Made by a program: the position numbers and the translations under genes. A model generated the notes under the pieces. That model was not told the origin of the DNA. It did not search any database and saw only the letters and a program-made list of their open reading frames with translations. Of a DNA stretch of 64,000 nt, positions 11,540-23,200 are shown piece by piece; the first letter of the stretch is position 1; each line of letters opens with the position of its first letter. The DNA comes from Eremomyces bilateralis CBS 781.70. Lineage: Eukaryota. The stretch is from assembly GCA_010015585.1 (NCBI GenBank), contig ML975158.1; one strand, 5' to 3'.

Positions 11540-13184
11540 ATGATCAAGGCAGTCTTCTTCACGAGGTTCCATGAGACCAAAGGTGATTAACCCTAAATCA
11601 TAATATTTTTAAAAGTCTGACTTTGCCAGGCTCTCGCGTTCTTCATCAAGTCCCAGCTGGGGCCATTGTCCCATTCACCGACTCCCCTTCCGCGTCGTTC
11701 ATCAATGGCGAAAACCACCCGCCTCCATCGCCTCGCCAGGCACCATTATTTGACTTCAACTCCATCTCAGAGTACATCATCCCGCGCCCCCCCTTCTGCG
11801 ACCGGCCGCTCACCATCTGCATCAACAAACTGCGGATCGTCAGCCATCCGGTGTGCATCGATGACCTGGCGCGATATGACCGGAAGATCTACATCTTCAA
11901 CTTCGCGGTCGTCATCGAGGAGGATGTGGAGATGAGCGGGTACGTCAGCGTGGTGCGGAAGTTGGCGCGGCTGTTTCGGAACCTGGAGGAGATGAATGGG
12001 TTCTTGTCGAAGGAGGAGGAGGTGGTGGAGGAGTCGGATCGGAGCGGGTTGGCGGGGAGAAGAGGGAGGGGGAAGGTGTATGCGCTTTGTGAGATGATTA
12101 TGGAAGATCTGAACAATTATTGCGAGTGCATGATACCCATAGGTCAGGAATCCCCTTCAACTGAGTTTATAGCAACCCCTACTAACCGTATGCAGATGAC
12201 GCCAATACCGTCAATCTAAAGCTCTTCCCTCCACAACCACCCCCACCTCCTGTCCCGTCCTACGTCGTCCCCCTACTCACCATCACGCTCCCCCATCAGA
12301 CGATTTCTACTGACCTAACCCTCCTCCGTATCCTCCCCTCCATCAACGGCATCAACAGCGTCGCTCGCATCGCCGATCTCGCGGACGTCGATCTCTCTCT
12401 TACCCGCAAAGCTATCCAGCATCTCCTGTACTACGGCTGCGTCCTCCTACTAGACATCTTCCAATTCGGCGCCACCTACGCGCCCACCTCAGAGATCTCC
12501 TCCCTCGTCGAGGACGACGACATGGTTCAAGAAGGCATCAATTACATCACCGTCCCGGACCCCGACTCCCTCTCCTTCCCCAGCCGGATCAACTCCTCCG
12601 ATCGACTCAGTCCCTCCCGCAGCGGCAGTGACGCCGACTCCACCGCCCCCAGCTCCCCACCGCACGGTCAGCCTTCACTCTTCGACCCGAACGGAATCTC
12701 CAAGCCGTTAGACCCCACAATGCTCATCCAGCTGTACACCTCGCTGGGCCAGGGCAAGACGCTGCGCACGTGGGTCGTGGAGCACGAAGAGCTCCTCCGT
12801 GGTCTCGACGTCCGCCGCCTGATCACCTTCGGCATCATCAAGGGGTTCCTCTACCGCGTGCACAAATACGTCGTCGCGACTGGCGCGTCGGGGCGGGGGG
12901 AGTGGGGCAACGGCCGGGGAGGACGGGCGTATGCACAGACCGCGCTGGATGCAATCGACAGTCGGGCGACGAGTGTGGTGAGGGGGTTCGCGACGCCGGG
13001 GGGCACTCGGGAGAATGGGCACGGAGGGGCGGCAGGGAGTTTGGGGATGGGGTTGCCGTTGGCGAAGTATGTGGATGGGACGCATTGCTTGGATGAGACT
13101 TGCACAGAGTTGAGGATGGGGGAGAAGGAGGTGATGGGAAGGTTGAGGGAGGCGTTTGGGGAGATTGTGGTTATACATCGGTGA
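11540..13184 (+). CDS. NPR2: Nitrogen permease regulator 2 (SEACIT/GATOR1 subunit); exons 11540-11582, 11630-12142, 12196-13184 (514 aa)
   Basis: Motifs MIKAVFFTRFHETKGSRVLHQVP, FDFNSISEYIIP, MEDLNNYCECMIPID..NTVNLKLFP and DVRRLITFGIIKGFLYRVHKY. Introns have CTGAC/CTAAC branch sites and CAG acceptors. Confidence 0.92.
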
Positions 13185-13417
13185 TGTACCTGGTTTACAA
13201 TTGGAAGGCTTTCACTTTCGAGAGAATGAGTATCGGTCCTGATTAGTATTGTAGTGGTGCTGGAATCATGCTGGCAGGCTGGTTAACAGGTATTGTTCCT
13301 GCACGCCTTATCGATAAGAAGCTTCGACGTAGATCTTCTGTGGCAAGGGAAAGTTAATGACCAGTTCCATCCATTCCAATTTCGCTTTCTAATTAATACA
13401 ACCAGCAAGCTGTCACA

Positions 13418-15077
13418 ATGTCTCTACCATCAAGATGGATGTTCCGAATATCACGGCTGGCTTCAACCCAAGCACCCTCACTAGCATCCCGACGTATCCG
13501 ACCTCGACCCTTTCTCCCTTCACCGACTGTCACCCGAACCCTAACATCCACCCCACCAAGGCGTCAACAGCCTCCAACTGATGACCCAAGCAAAACAGAG
13601 CCGAAACCCTCCCTCTCCGACGCCCTCCGCGATGATGCCTCCTCGGGGCAATCCCGCCTCCTCGGCACTGTCCACACGCACTACACCCCCCACGGCGTCC
13701 TGCAACCGGACCACCCAGCGGCCAGAATCCTCGAGAACTCCTCGATCGTCATCCAACGGCAGCTGGAGATGATGAACGTGGTGTTGGGGTTCGAGCAGGC
13801 GAACGAGTACGTGATCCATGATCCGGAGGGGAACCATATCGGGTATATCCTCGAGACGGGGGGCGGGATCGGGAAGGGGATCACGCGGCAGATGATGCGG
13901 ACGCATCGGAGTTTTACGTCGCATATTTTGGATCGGACAGGGAAGGAAGTTCTGCGGGTAGGGCCTACGCCAACACTCATACATTGAACAGATGCTAATC
14001 CGCTGCTAGATCCACCGACCCATCAAACTCATCAAATCCCGCATCTCCATCCACGACGCCTTCACCCCCTCTGACCCCTCCCTCCCCGGCCCCGACCCCA
14101 CTACCACATCCCTCACCCCCGGCCAACACCTCACCTCCCCCCAAATCTCCCCCTCCCCCCTCTCCTCCCTGCCCATCATCGGCGAAGCCCAATCCGAATG
14201 GGCGCCTCTCCGCCGCAAATACCATCTCTTCCACCACCACTCGGCGCCCGCAGGGCCCGGCGAGTTCGCGCAGTTCGCTTCTATCAACGAGGCGTTCCTC
14301 TCATGGAGCTTCATGCTGCGCGACGAGGACGGGCGGGTGATCGGCAACGTCGACCGGAATTGGGCGGGGTTAGGACGGGAGTTCCTCACGGATACAGGCG
14401 TGTATGTGTTACGCATGGACGCTGCTGCGGAGGAGGCGGCCGCAGGCACGGCGCAGGAGGGAGTAGAGAAGTCGGGGCCGCCCGCAGACGTGCCGACGCT
14501 GTCGCTGGATCAGCGCGCCATCATGCTCGCGACAGCGGTGAGCATCGACTTCGACTACTTCTCGCGGAGTCGTGGCGGGTTCATGCCATTTCCGATGTTC
14601 TGGGGGTCGTCGGAGGCGGGCACGGTGGGGGGTGCGGCTGGTGGTGCTGCGGGCGCGGCGGGCGCGGGTGAGGCGGCGACGGGGGCGGTGGTGGGGGCGG
14701 GGGCGCGAGGAGTTGGAGGGGTTGGAGGGGCGGCGGGGGGGATGGGAGAGGGGGCTATGATGGGAGCGGGAGGGGCGGCAGTGTATGAGACGATGCAGGG
14801 AGGGCGGGGGGCGGGAGGGGTGGCGGCAGCGGAGCAGGGGAACGCGCCGCCGGGACAAACGTTTGATGATGCGAGTCCGCAGGGCGGGCAGGACGGAGAG
14901 AGTAGTCTGTGGGCGGATGATCCACCGGATCAGAACGTGCAGGATCCGTGGGGGGAGAAGAGTGATCCTTGGTCGGGTCAGGATGACCCGTATCAGCAGC
15001 AGGATGGAGGAGAGAGCGGGGAATCGGGTGGTGGTGAAGGGGGATTCTCGTTCTGGGATTTCTTCGGGGACGAGTGA
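13418..15077 (+). CDS. AIM25: Phospholipid scramblase-family mitochondrial protein (Aim25-like); exons 13418-13957, 14010-15077 (535 aa)
   Basis: Arg/Ser-rich mitochondrial presequence. Motifs IQRQLEMMNVVLGFEQANEY, IGEAQSEWAPLRRKYHLF, RNWAGLGREFLTDTGVYVLRMD and LDQRAIMLATAVSIDFDYFSR. Confidence 0.85.
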
Positions 15078-15502
15078 CCGATCATCGAGTCGGGTTGTAT
15101 CATCATGTAGATTACTATATACCTTATAGAGGATTGGCTACTCCCAATATTTTTTGACAATGCGGCGATTCGAGGGAGAGCTCCGCTGCGCATGGGGGGG
15201 GATATCAATTCAGTCAAGCTGGGTGTATAAATCTTGGCGTTTTGAGATATCCCACCATCTCCATTCTCCAGCGATCACAGTCGGGTACTCCGGATGTAAG
15301 TTGCATCTCCAAAGTCGACCTTTACTCTTTAAAGTTTAATCATCGAACCCCAATTCTCCACCGAAAGCGGCCGCTCCCGAGCAGTATATGTACCTATAAC
15401 CTAACGACCAATCTGAACGACCTGTCCTCTTCCCACACCAAACCTCCATCCCACCATCCACCTCCTCCAAACCCCCCTCACCCCCTCACCACCACCGCCA
15501 CC

Positions 15503-16100
15503 ATGTCCTCCGTCGCCCAAAAACGCCTCCTCTCCGAATACAAGACCCTCACGAACGAGCCGCCCGAAGGCATCACGGCCGGCCCCGTCAACGAGGACGA
15601 CATCTTCGTCTGGGAGGCGCTCATCCAAGGGCCCGAGGGCACGCCGTTCGAGGGTGGCGTGTTTCCCGCGGAGCTGAAGTTTCCCAAGGACTATCCGCTC
15701 GCGCCGCCGACAATGAAGTTTACGTGTGATATGTGGCATCCGAATGGTATGAGTACAAGGGGTTTCTACCGTCGGCTGTCCGATTGCTGGGCACCACCGC
15801 TTCTGTACAACAGGTTCGAGGAGCGCATAGCTAACTTCCGTCTCAGTCTACGCCAACGGCATGGTCTGCATCTCGATCCTCCACGCGCCGGGCGACGATC
15901 CCAACCACTACGAGCACGCGTCGGAGCGGTGGTCGCCGATCCAGTCGGTGGAGAAGATCCTGATCTCGGTCATGTCGATGCTGGCGGAGCCGAATGACGA
16001 GTCGCCGGCGAACGTGGACGCGGCGCGCATGTGGCGCGAGCGGCGGGAGGAGTATGTGGGTATTGTGAGGGCGAATGTGAGGAAGGGGTTAGGGCTTTGA
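15503..16100 (+). CDS. UBC7: Ubiquitin-conjugating enzyme E2 Ubc7 (UBE2G); exons 15503-15746, 15847-16100 (165 aa)
   Basis: [55 protein letters not shown] contains the catalytic Cys and the Ubc7-type acidic loop. Confidence 0.95.
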
Positions 16101-16317
16101 GGGGAGGGAGGGGAGGGGGTGCTGGGGGGAGGACGAGGTTTGGGGTGGATTTATGGTCGAGATGCATTTGCGGAAGGCGTTTGTGGACGGTTAGTGGAGC
16201 GTTCAACATACATATCATAGAGCTTGTCCAAGGCATATATCACTGGTCCTGTTCTACGACGGAGTACCTACCTATTAGTCAGTCTCATTAGGTAGCTGGC
16301 CTGCTGCTGTGCCGGTG

Positions 16318-16383
16318 CAGACTGTAGACGGTAGACTGTAGACTGTACTCCGTAGACTGTGGACACTAGCTAGACTGTAGACT
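16318..16383. repeat. Degenerate heptamer minisatellite (GTAGACT)n
   Basis: cagactgtagacggtagactgtagactgtactccgtagactgtggacactagctagactgtagact. Confidence 0.65.
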
Positions 16384-17420
16384 CCTGTCGTCCAACCAAG
16401 GGACGGCTTACAAGTTACAACGGCATATCCTTACCCAATATGGAATAATGCCTGACATGAGATTAAACAAAGATCTAGATACGGAACACACAGGCATCCC
16501 TCTCCCTGGCACAGCAGTACCTCTCTACTCAGCTAGTAAATAAGAAAAGTAAGAGAATTGGGATTGGATAGGCATCCCGATTCTCATCAGAAAAGGGGCT
16601 TTGCCGCCTGTGCGCTACCAGTCTGCAACAGACTTACAGTGCTTACTACTGTCACTAAACTAGTTCTATTAGTTACTGGTAAGTGGTATCAGTTATGGGT
16701 AATGGAATCCTGGAGTCCTAGTGATCCCGAGCACGGAGTACGCAGTACTAGGGATCCGCCCTCGAGTGAGAACAGGGAGAATTCACGTTGCCATGGTGAG
16801 AATCGATGGGAGTCGACTCTTCAATCCACGAGAATACTCTAACTAGCGATAATTGAAGTCCAAATAGTAAAATCGATGGTAGGACCGTAGTCCGTAGGAG
16901 AGCTTAGGCCGTAGATCGTCCGTCCCAATTAATTAATAGCCCTGCACCAACGGAGCCACCAACGCCTCAGTCTTGAAACTCCAAGCTTTTAGACGTATTT
17001 CAGAAATTAAGCACTTCCATCCCCTTTTACGGCTTAGCTCGCTGCACCCAGGCGTGAATAAGTTCGACTCGGTGGTTCGTTGGAGCCGAATCGACGGAAC
17101 GCAGGATCGGAAAATTTGATACCCGGGAATTCCATGATTAAATGACTGTGTAATCGCCTGCGGGCGTATCCTCAACTACGTTCCAAACATCGCCGCTGTC
17201 CCAAACCCCAATGCTAATGCTCCATCCTTCGAACGTCCACCCTCACCTCCAGATCTCCCATTCCTATTAACCCTCAGTGTCCTCGACGAACCCGTTCCAT
17301 CACCGAACAATGGTCTAGCCTCCCTCCCTCGCCGGAGTTCGAATCCAGCGCTTCCTCGCGCATCTCCCTCCCTTCCTCGTTCAGCCCCGATCCCAAGCTG
17401 AGCGCTCCTCCACGAAACCG

Positions 17421-18742
17421 ATGCTCTTCCCCCAGATCCGCGGGTCCGCGCCCCTCCGCGTTGGCAGCGCCTCCATCTACCCACACCACATCCTCGGCGT
17501 CGCCGTGCTCCTCGTGTTCCTCCTCGCCCTCAACTTTGTGCACGCGCCCCCCTCCTTCTCCGACCTGCGCTCGACCGTTGTGTCCGCAGAGGAACCCCCT
17601 GACGCAGGCGGGACGCTCCCCCGTTACTGGAGCGTAACGGGGAAGAACTTCGAGGGTGCGGCAGAGGGGTATCGCAAGCCTCGGGGGCTGAAGATCGTGG
17701 GGTTGGTGTTTTATGGAAGGCCGGCGAGCGTGTCGATCCTAGACTGCTACCTAAAGCGCAACCTGGCGGAGAACGGCGGGTTCCTGGACGAGGTGATTTT
17801 CTTGGCGCGGACGAACAACAAGGAGGACCTGGCGTGGCTGGACGGGCTGCTGGCGACGACGAAGGCGTACCGGAAGCAGCCGGTGGTGCCGTTGGGGCGG
17901 GACTACTCCAACGCCTACGACCTGTGCGAGGACGACGTCATGTATATCAAGATCGACGACGACGTCGTGTTCATCGAGGATAGCGCCATCCCTAGCATCG
18001 TGCAGACGCGCCTCGAACACCCGGAGTACTACGTCGTCTCCGCTAACATCATTAATCAACCCTCCCTCTCCTGGGTCCACCTCCACCTCGGCACCATCCG
18101 GCCCTACATGCCCGAACTGCACTCCCCCCCCGGCGTGAACCTCTCCGCCCTCGACCCCACCTGGCGCGCCTCCGACCTCCCCCACTGGACCGGCCCCGAC
18201 AACTTCACCCTAACCGACACCTTCGCCCCCCCGTTCGCCGGGCACCGCTGGCTCCCCTGCTCCGAAGGCACGACGATCGACGGGATGCCGGCCAGCTCCA
18301 CGACCTACGACGCGTTCAGCCCGACGCTGTTCCACTGGACGATCGCGGCGCAGCTGCACTACTCGTTCTTCGAGCACCTGGAGAACAACGAGCTGTGGCG
18401 GTATAAGTTCCAGATGTGGGACTATAAGTATCGGCGGATGGGGATTCAGTTCATCGCGATTATGGGGAGGGATATCAATGCGGGGAAGCCGCTGCATTGG
18501 GATGATGAGTTTTATTTCTCGGAGGAGATGCCGAAGCGGTTGAAGCGACGTATGTTCTCCTCTCCTTCCCTCACCTGGTCCTCCCGATGACCGAGAATAC
18601 TGACCGCAACGCAGACGCCATAGTCGACGGCCGCGCCGTCGTCTCGCACTTCAGCTTCGGCCCCCAACGAGACGGCATTGCCATGTCTGACGCCCTCGAC
18701 CGCTACCGGGCCTACGCGAACGAAAATATTTGCCCCCAATGA
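17421..18742 (+). CDS. Uncharacterised type II membrane protein with GT-A-like DxD motif (putative glycosyltransferase); exons 17421-18549, 18615-18742 (418 aa)
   Basis: N-terminal TM (ILGVAVLLVFLLALNFV). Motifs GLVFYGR....ILDCYLKRNL..NGG.LDEVIF and YIKIDDDVVFI. The GTATGT..CTGAC..CAG intron gives the C-terminus HAIVDGRAVVSHFSFGPQ..LDRYRAYANENICPQ. Confidence 0.8.
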
Positions 18743-20247
18743 ATTCCCAAATTCTTCCCCTCCTGTATTTCCTTAGTGTTCTCATCCTCTATAACCGTCC
18801 CCTTCGTCCGGAGCGTGGTGTTCAATGGCTTCGAGGTTTCCATGAATAGAAAGATCGAGCTGGGCGTTCCGGGGGGGTTTTTGTTTTGTTTTTTGTGTTG
18901 AGCTGCGACGGCGACGACGACGTGGTGATGTTAACTACTTGCTGTACCTGTATTGATTATTGATTGATGTGCCGGGTTCGATCACAGATTATCGGCTAGA
19001 GTAACGCGAATTTCGGGTGGGAAGGCAGAACAACCTCTCTCTCTCCCTGTAGAAGACATGCGAAAGAGATTTAATGACCTGAATTTCCGATTTCTCTTTC
19101 CGATATGTCTCGTGTGAAAACTCCCGGCCCGAAAGACCGGGATCCTCAGCCCCCCCCTTTGAAACCCATCGACGTGCTTAGCCGCTGATATATCCATCGC
19201 CGGGCTCCCTGTTCCCGATTACGAGGTCCCTCTAACCAAAGGAACACCACCGGCTTCGTACCATGTTCCCGCGTCGCCCGGATCGACAGCCACCTGCATC
19301 CAGCTGCACCACGCTCTGCTCCCAACGCAACGCATATCTTATCTATAAGACTGACCTAGTGAAGGCGAGAAAGAAAGAAGGGGACTCCATCATGTGCAAC
19401 ATCATCTAACAATCCGATAGGAATCCGTGGTATGGGGTTATTCATCATCAGGTTGCTAATACGGAGCCGTCCATTGGCTGCTTCATATTGATGGTGCCCC
19501 TGACGGCTGGACCACATGTTGCAGGGAGCAGATTCGGAATTGGTCAATTGAAACATCATCACTATTGATATTAAATATTATTCCTAGGGGACTGGTATAT
19601 TTTTCTCGATGCATATTGGATTTGATGATTTCTTCGCTGTATACTCGTACTGCCATGGTCCATGGACATATATGTAGCTGGGATGTCCAGGAACCCAGTT
19701 GACTAGGTCATAGAGACATAGACCAGCTCCATCGGTCTTAAGCGGAGTTTGAGGGACGGAACATCGTGCACCCGACTCCGAGTCCAGTTACACGTGATCT
19801 CCTTGATCGACTCCGTGGTTCCTGCCTTCAGTTCAGTTGGTGGAGCTTGTCGCGATCCACTTTAGTGTGCGGATAACGCTGCGCTCTCTGCTGTGGTGCG
19901 TTCTCGGTGCTGCACGTAAACTCAATCTCGTCATCTCAATCACTCCTCCGGCTTGAGCTATTTCATTTTCACAGGACCCCAAAGCTACCAGTTGTTGCCT
20001 TCCATCCCCTCCATCGCCCGACTCGCCATATCCTGCAAAGTGGACATGCTTTGACCGTCGGGGCCCGGATCCGTTCCGCGACTGCGAGCTCCCAGCCAAC
20101 AGGTGACAAGTGCTTCACGCCCCTACAAAGCGCTTTTCACCCGCCCTCTGCGACCCTCGCCAGCATCTCGACCGCTAGATCGAGGCTAAGATCAGCTCAT
20201 GTCATTTACGATCATCTTAGGAACCATTTATCTACGCCCGTGACAAG

Positions 20248-23200
20248 ATGAATCCTTCCAGCCGAGAGGGTTGGTCCGTCAACCCGCCTCCGAGTGCGAA
20301 TGAGGCGCAACCGCCCAATTCAAGACCGATGGGTCCCTTTGGGTGAGTCGATAGGAGGCCATGGTTGGGTCACTGACAATAGGATACATTTGCTGACGGT
20401 GAATTTTGATAGGAGTGCCGGCGCATCGCAGCAACAATCACCGCCATCGTCCGCTCAGCAAGGACCTCCCACCCTACCTCCTCCAGGTATGATCTGCATT
20501 CATCCGATGATGAAATACTTGTCCACAAGTTCTAACCTTTCACTTTCCACAATGCAGGCTCATCGTATTTTCAACCGAGCAATAGCCTGCCACCGCTTTC
20601 CAACCTCGCGAGTGTCCAAGGGTCACCGGGCCGACCGCAAAGCTACAACCAAGAGGCGCCGTCCGGAAATCAAGGCCTCGGACAACCGTTAACCAGCTAC
20701 TCGCTCCCTCGCATCGATCAAGCCGTTCAACAGCACGCCGTCCCACCGAACATCCCAGATCGCGAACGAGAACGGGATCGCGACCCACAGAGGGACCCGC
20801 GTGACGCGGACATGGCCGACCGCCATATGGAGGACGTCTCCATGCGCGATGCCGAACAGCAGCGGGACCGCGAATTGCGCGAGCGGCAGCAACGCGAACT
20901 ACATCAGCCGGTCGCCGTGCCGCCGCATGTGCGCAGCATCCATGGTCCGAACGGGCTGCTCGGCAACGCGGCTCCTGGCAATGCGGGCAACGCTGCATCG
21001 ACGCCCATCCCCAACTCTGCGCCTCCGAGCGTGTATCCCGGCTCGCATATTGCCGCGTCTGCGCCGCCCTCTCAACAGCAGGCGTTGTCGGTCATGGCTG
21101 CGTATCCGCCTAACCTGCAGCAGGTGGCCGGAATGGGAGGGCAAGGGCAACAGCCTATTCTTAATGTATGTTGGTTCTAGGAATTTTTGTTAGGGAAGGC
21201 TAACCGGTCCTAGGATGCCCTCAGCTACTTAGATCAAGTCAAGGTCCAGTTCGTCGATAATCCAGACGTGTATAATCGCTTCTTGGACATCATGAAGGAC
21301 TTTAAGAGTGGAGCGTAAGTGATCCTGCCTGTGGATACTGATAATTCATGTGAAATGAGTCTTCTCTGGTGTTTTCTGTTTATTCTAGAATAATTACTGA
21401 CATGTGCTTCTTCACATAGCATCGACACACCTGGAGTCATCGATCGCGTATCCAACCTCTTCGCTGGCAACGCGAATCTTATCCAAGGTTTCAATACCTT
21501 TCTTCCTCCCGGTTACAAGATCGAGTGCGGCACAAGCGAAGATCCCAACGCCATCCGTGTCACAACTCCTATGGGAACCACTGTGTCTACCATGCCTCAA
21601 CCACGGCCAGCTGCAGACCAAAGACAAGTTTCTATGAACGGTGCCGGCCCGGTGCAGAACGACCGACAATATTACGACAGCCGAACGCCCGGAAACGCAT
21701 GGCAAGGTCCCCCCGGCAGCGCACCGGAAAACGCGTACAGTCCAAACGGCCCCCCCGCTGCAGCGGCTGCGTTTGGTGCTCCTGGTGGAGCAAACGCAAA
21801 TGTCGCAGCCGTTGATCCGCAACGCGAACAGCAAAATATCGCTGCGACTCCCGCACAAGATGCGAGGCAACTGCAAACTACCCCTGGGACTGGAGCATTT
21901 GGGAGACCGAATGTGCTCTCGCCTCCGAGAGCCATGGCTACACCTGTGGCAGCACAACAGATGAACGGGTTGGCCATGCAGCAAGGCGGAGTTGGTTCCG
22001 AGCGGAGGGGCCCGGTAGAGTTCAACCACGCCATCAGCTATGTCAATAAGATCAAGGTAAGCCAACCTCGCCCTCCCAAATTCCGACGACGGCAACACTA
22101 ACCTCCCCAGAATCGTTTCGCCACCCAACCCGACATCTATAAGCAATTCCTCGAAATCCTCCAAACCTACCAACGCGAATCCAAGCCCATCCAGGACGTC
22201 TACGCCCAAGTCACCAAGCTCTTCGAAACCGCCCCGGACCTCCTCGAGGATTTCAAGCAGTTCCTTCCCGAGTCCGCTGCCCACGCCCGTGCCGCCGCCG
22301 CTGCGAAGGCCGCTGCCGACGAGCAGGCCCCCGTGAGCAACATTCGCGGGGAGCAGGCATACCCCGCCGGTGCGACGCCGTTTCCTGTCCAGCAGCAGAC
22401 GCCGCGCGCCGAGCAGGGTAGGCTGCCGCCGGTGGGGAACTTTGCGCCGACACCGAGTGCGAATCGGGATAATAAAAGGAAAAGGGGCGGGGTGCAGCCG
22501 GTGGGGACGGTGGCAGCTGGGCAGGTTAGTACGGTGCAGGAGACGGGAGGACGAGGTACTGGGGCGGCCGCTGGGTTGTCAAAGGTACGTTGTGACGACT
22601 TTCTTCTAACACTTGTCTTACAAGTCGCGACTCTTCTTCATTCGTTTGGTATCCCTCACTTTGAGCGTGTGATTCCTGCTGTTTCTGTTGAGCGCGCTTC
22701 ATTGTCTTCTTGGCTGCTTGTTCTCGTCGCCTCTTTTGTCACTCCTGGCCCGGTATTTGGGCTAAGTCCGGATACTCATGTTCTTCTTTCGTTTTGCATT
22801 GCGTATAATCTCCCCCACTTCCAACCTGTCCATCACATATATGCTCTGCTCCACCCGCTGTATACCCTCCCCCCACCCCCGAATCGGCTTGAGTCATCCC
22901 AATGCCTCCGAAATCTACCAAAAGATCGAGACGCCTAAGCCTGAGGTCCGAAACCCTTCTTGCAGGAGTCAAGAAGCTCAAATGCTATGTCTCACAACGA
23001 GCTTCTCGTTTAAACGCTGCCATCAGCTACTCATCGCTATGCGGACTGTTACATGACCTAAAGCTGGAGTTACATTCATTTGGAGGCGCAATTCGCTAAC
23101 TCGGCTCCCTCGCAGAAAACCAAGCAAGCGCAGCCTGTCAGAGCTGCCGAGCCGTCAGCACCAGACGTCGCCCCAAGCCTCGTCCCAACTCTTCCTACGC

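Noticed and set aside
15242..15502. N-terminal extension of UBC7 in the ORF track
   Set aside because: TTG-initiated 5' UTR read-through. The 165-aa product from 15503 matches Ubc7 length.
22584..22630. Stwintron (nested intron) at the start of the long SIN3 intron
   Set aside because: Excising GTACGT..CTAAC..AAG would leave a non-canonical external donor (GTCGCG) and break the frame.
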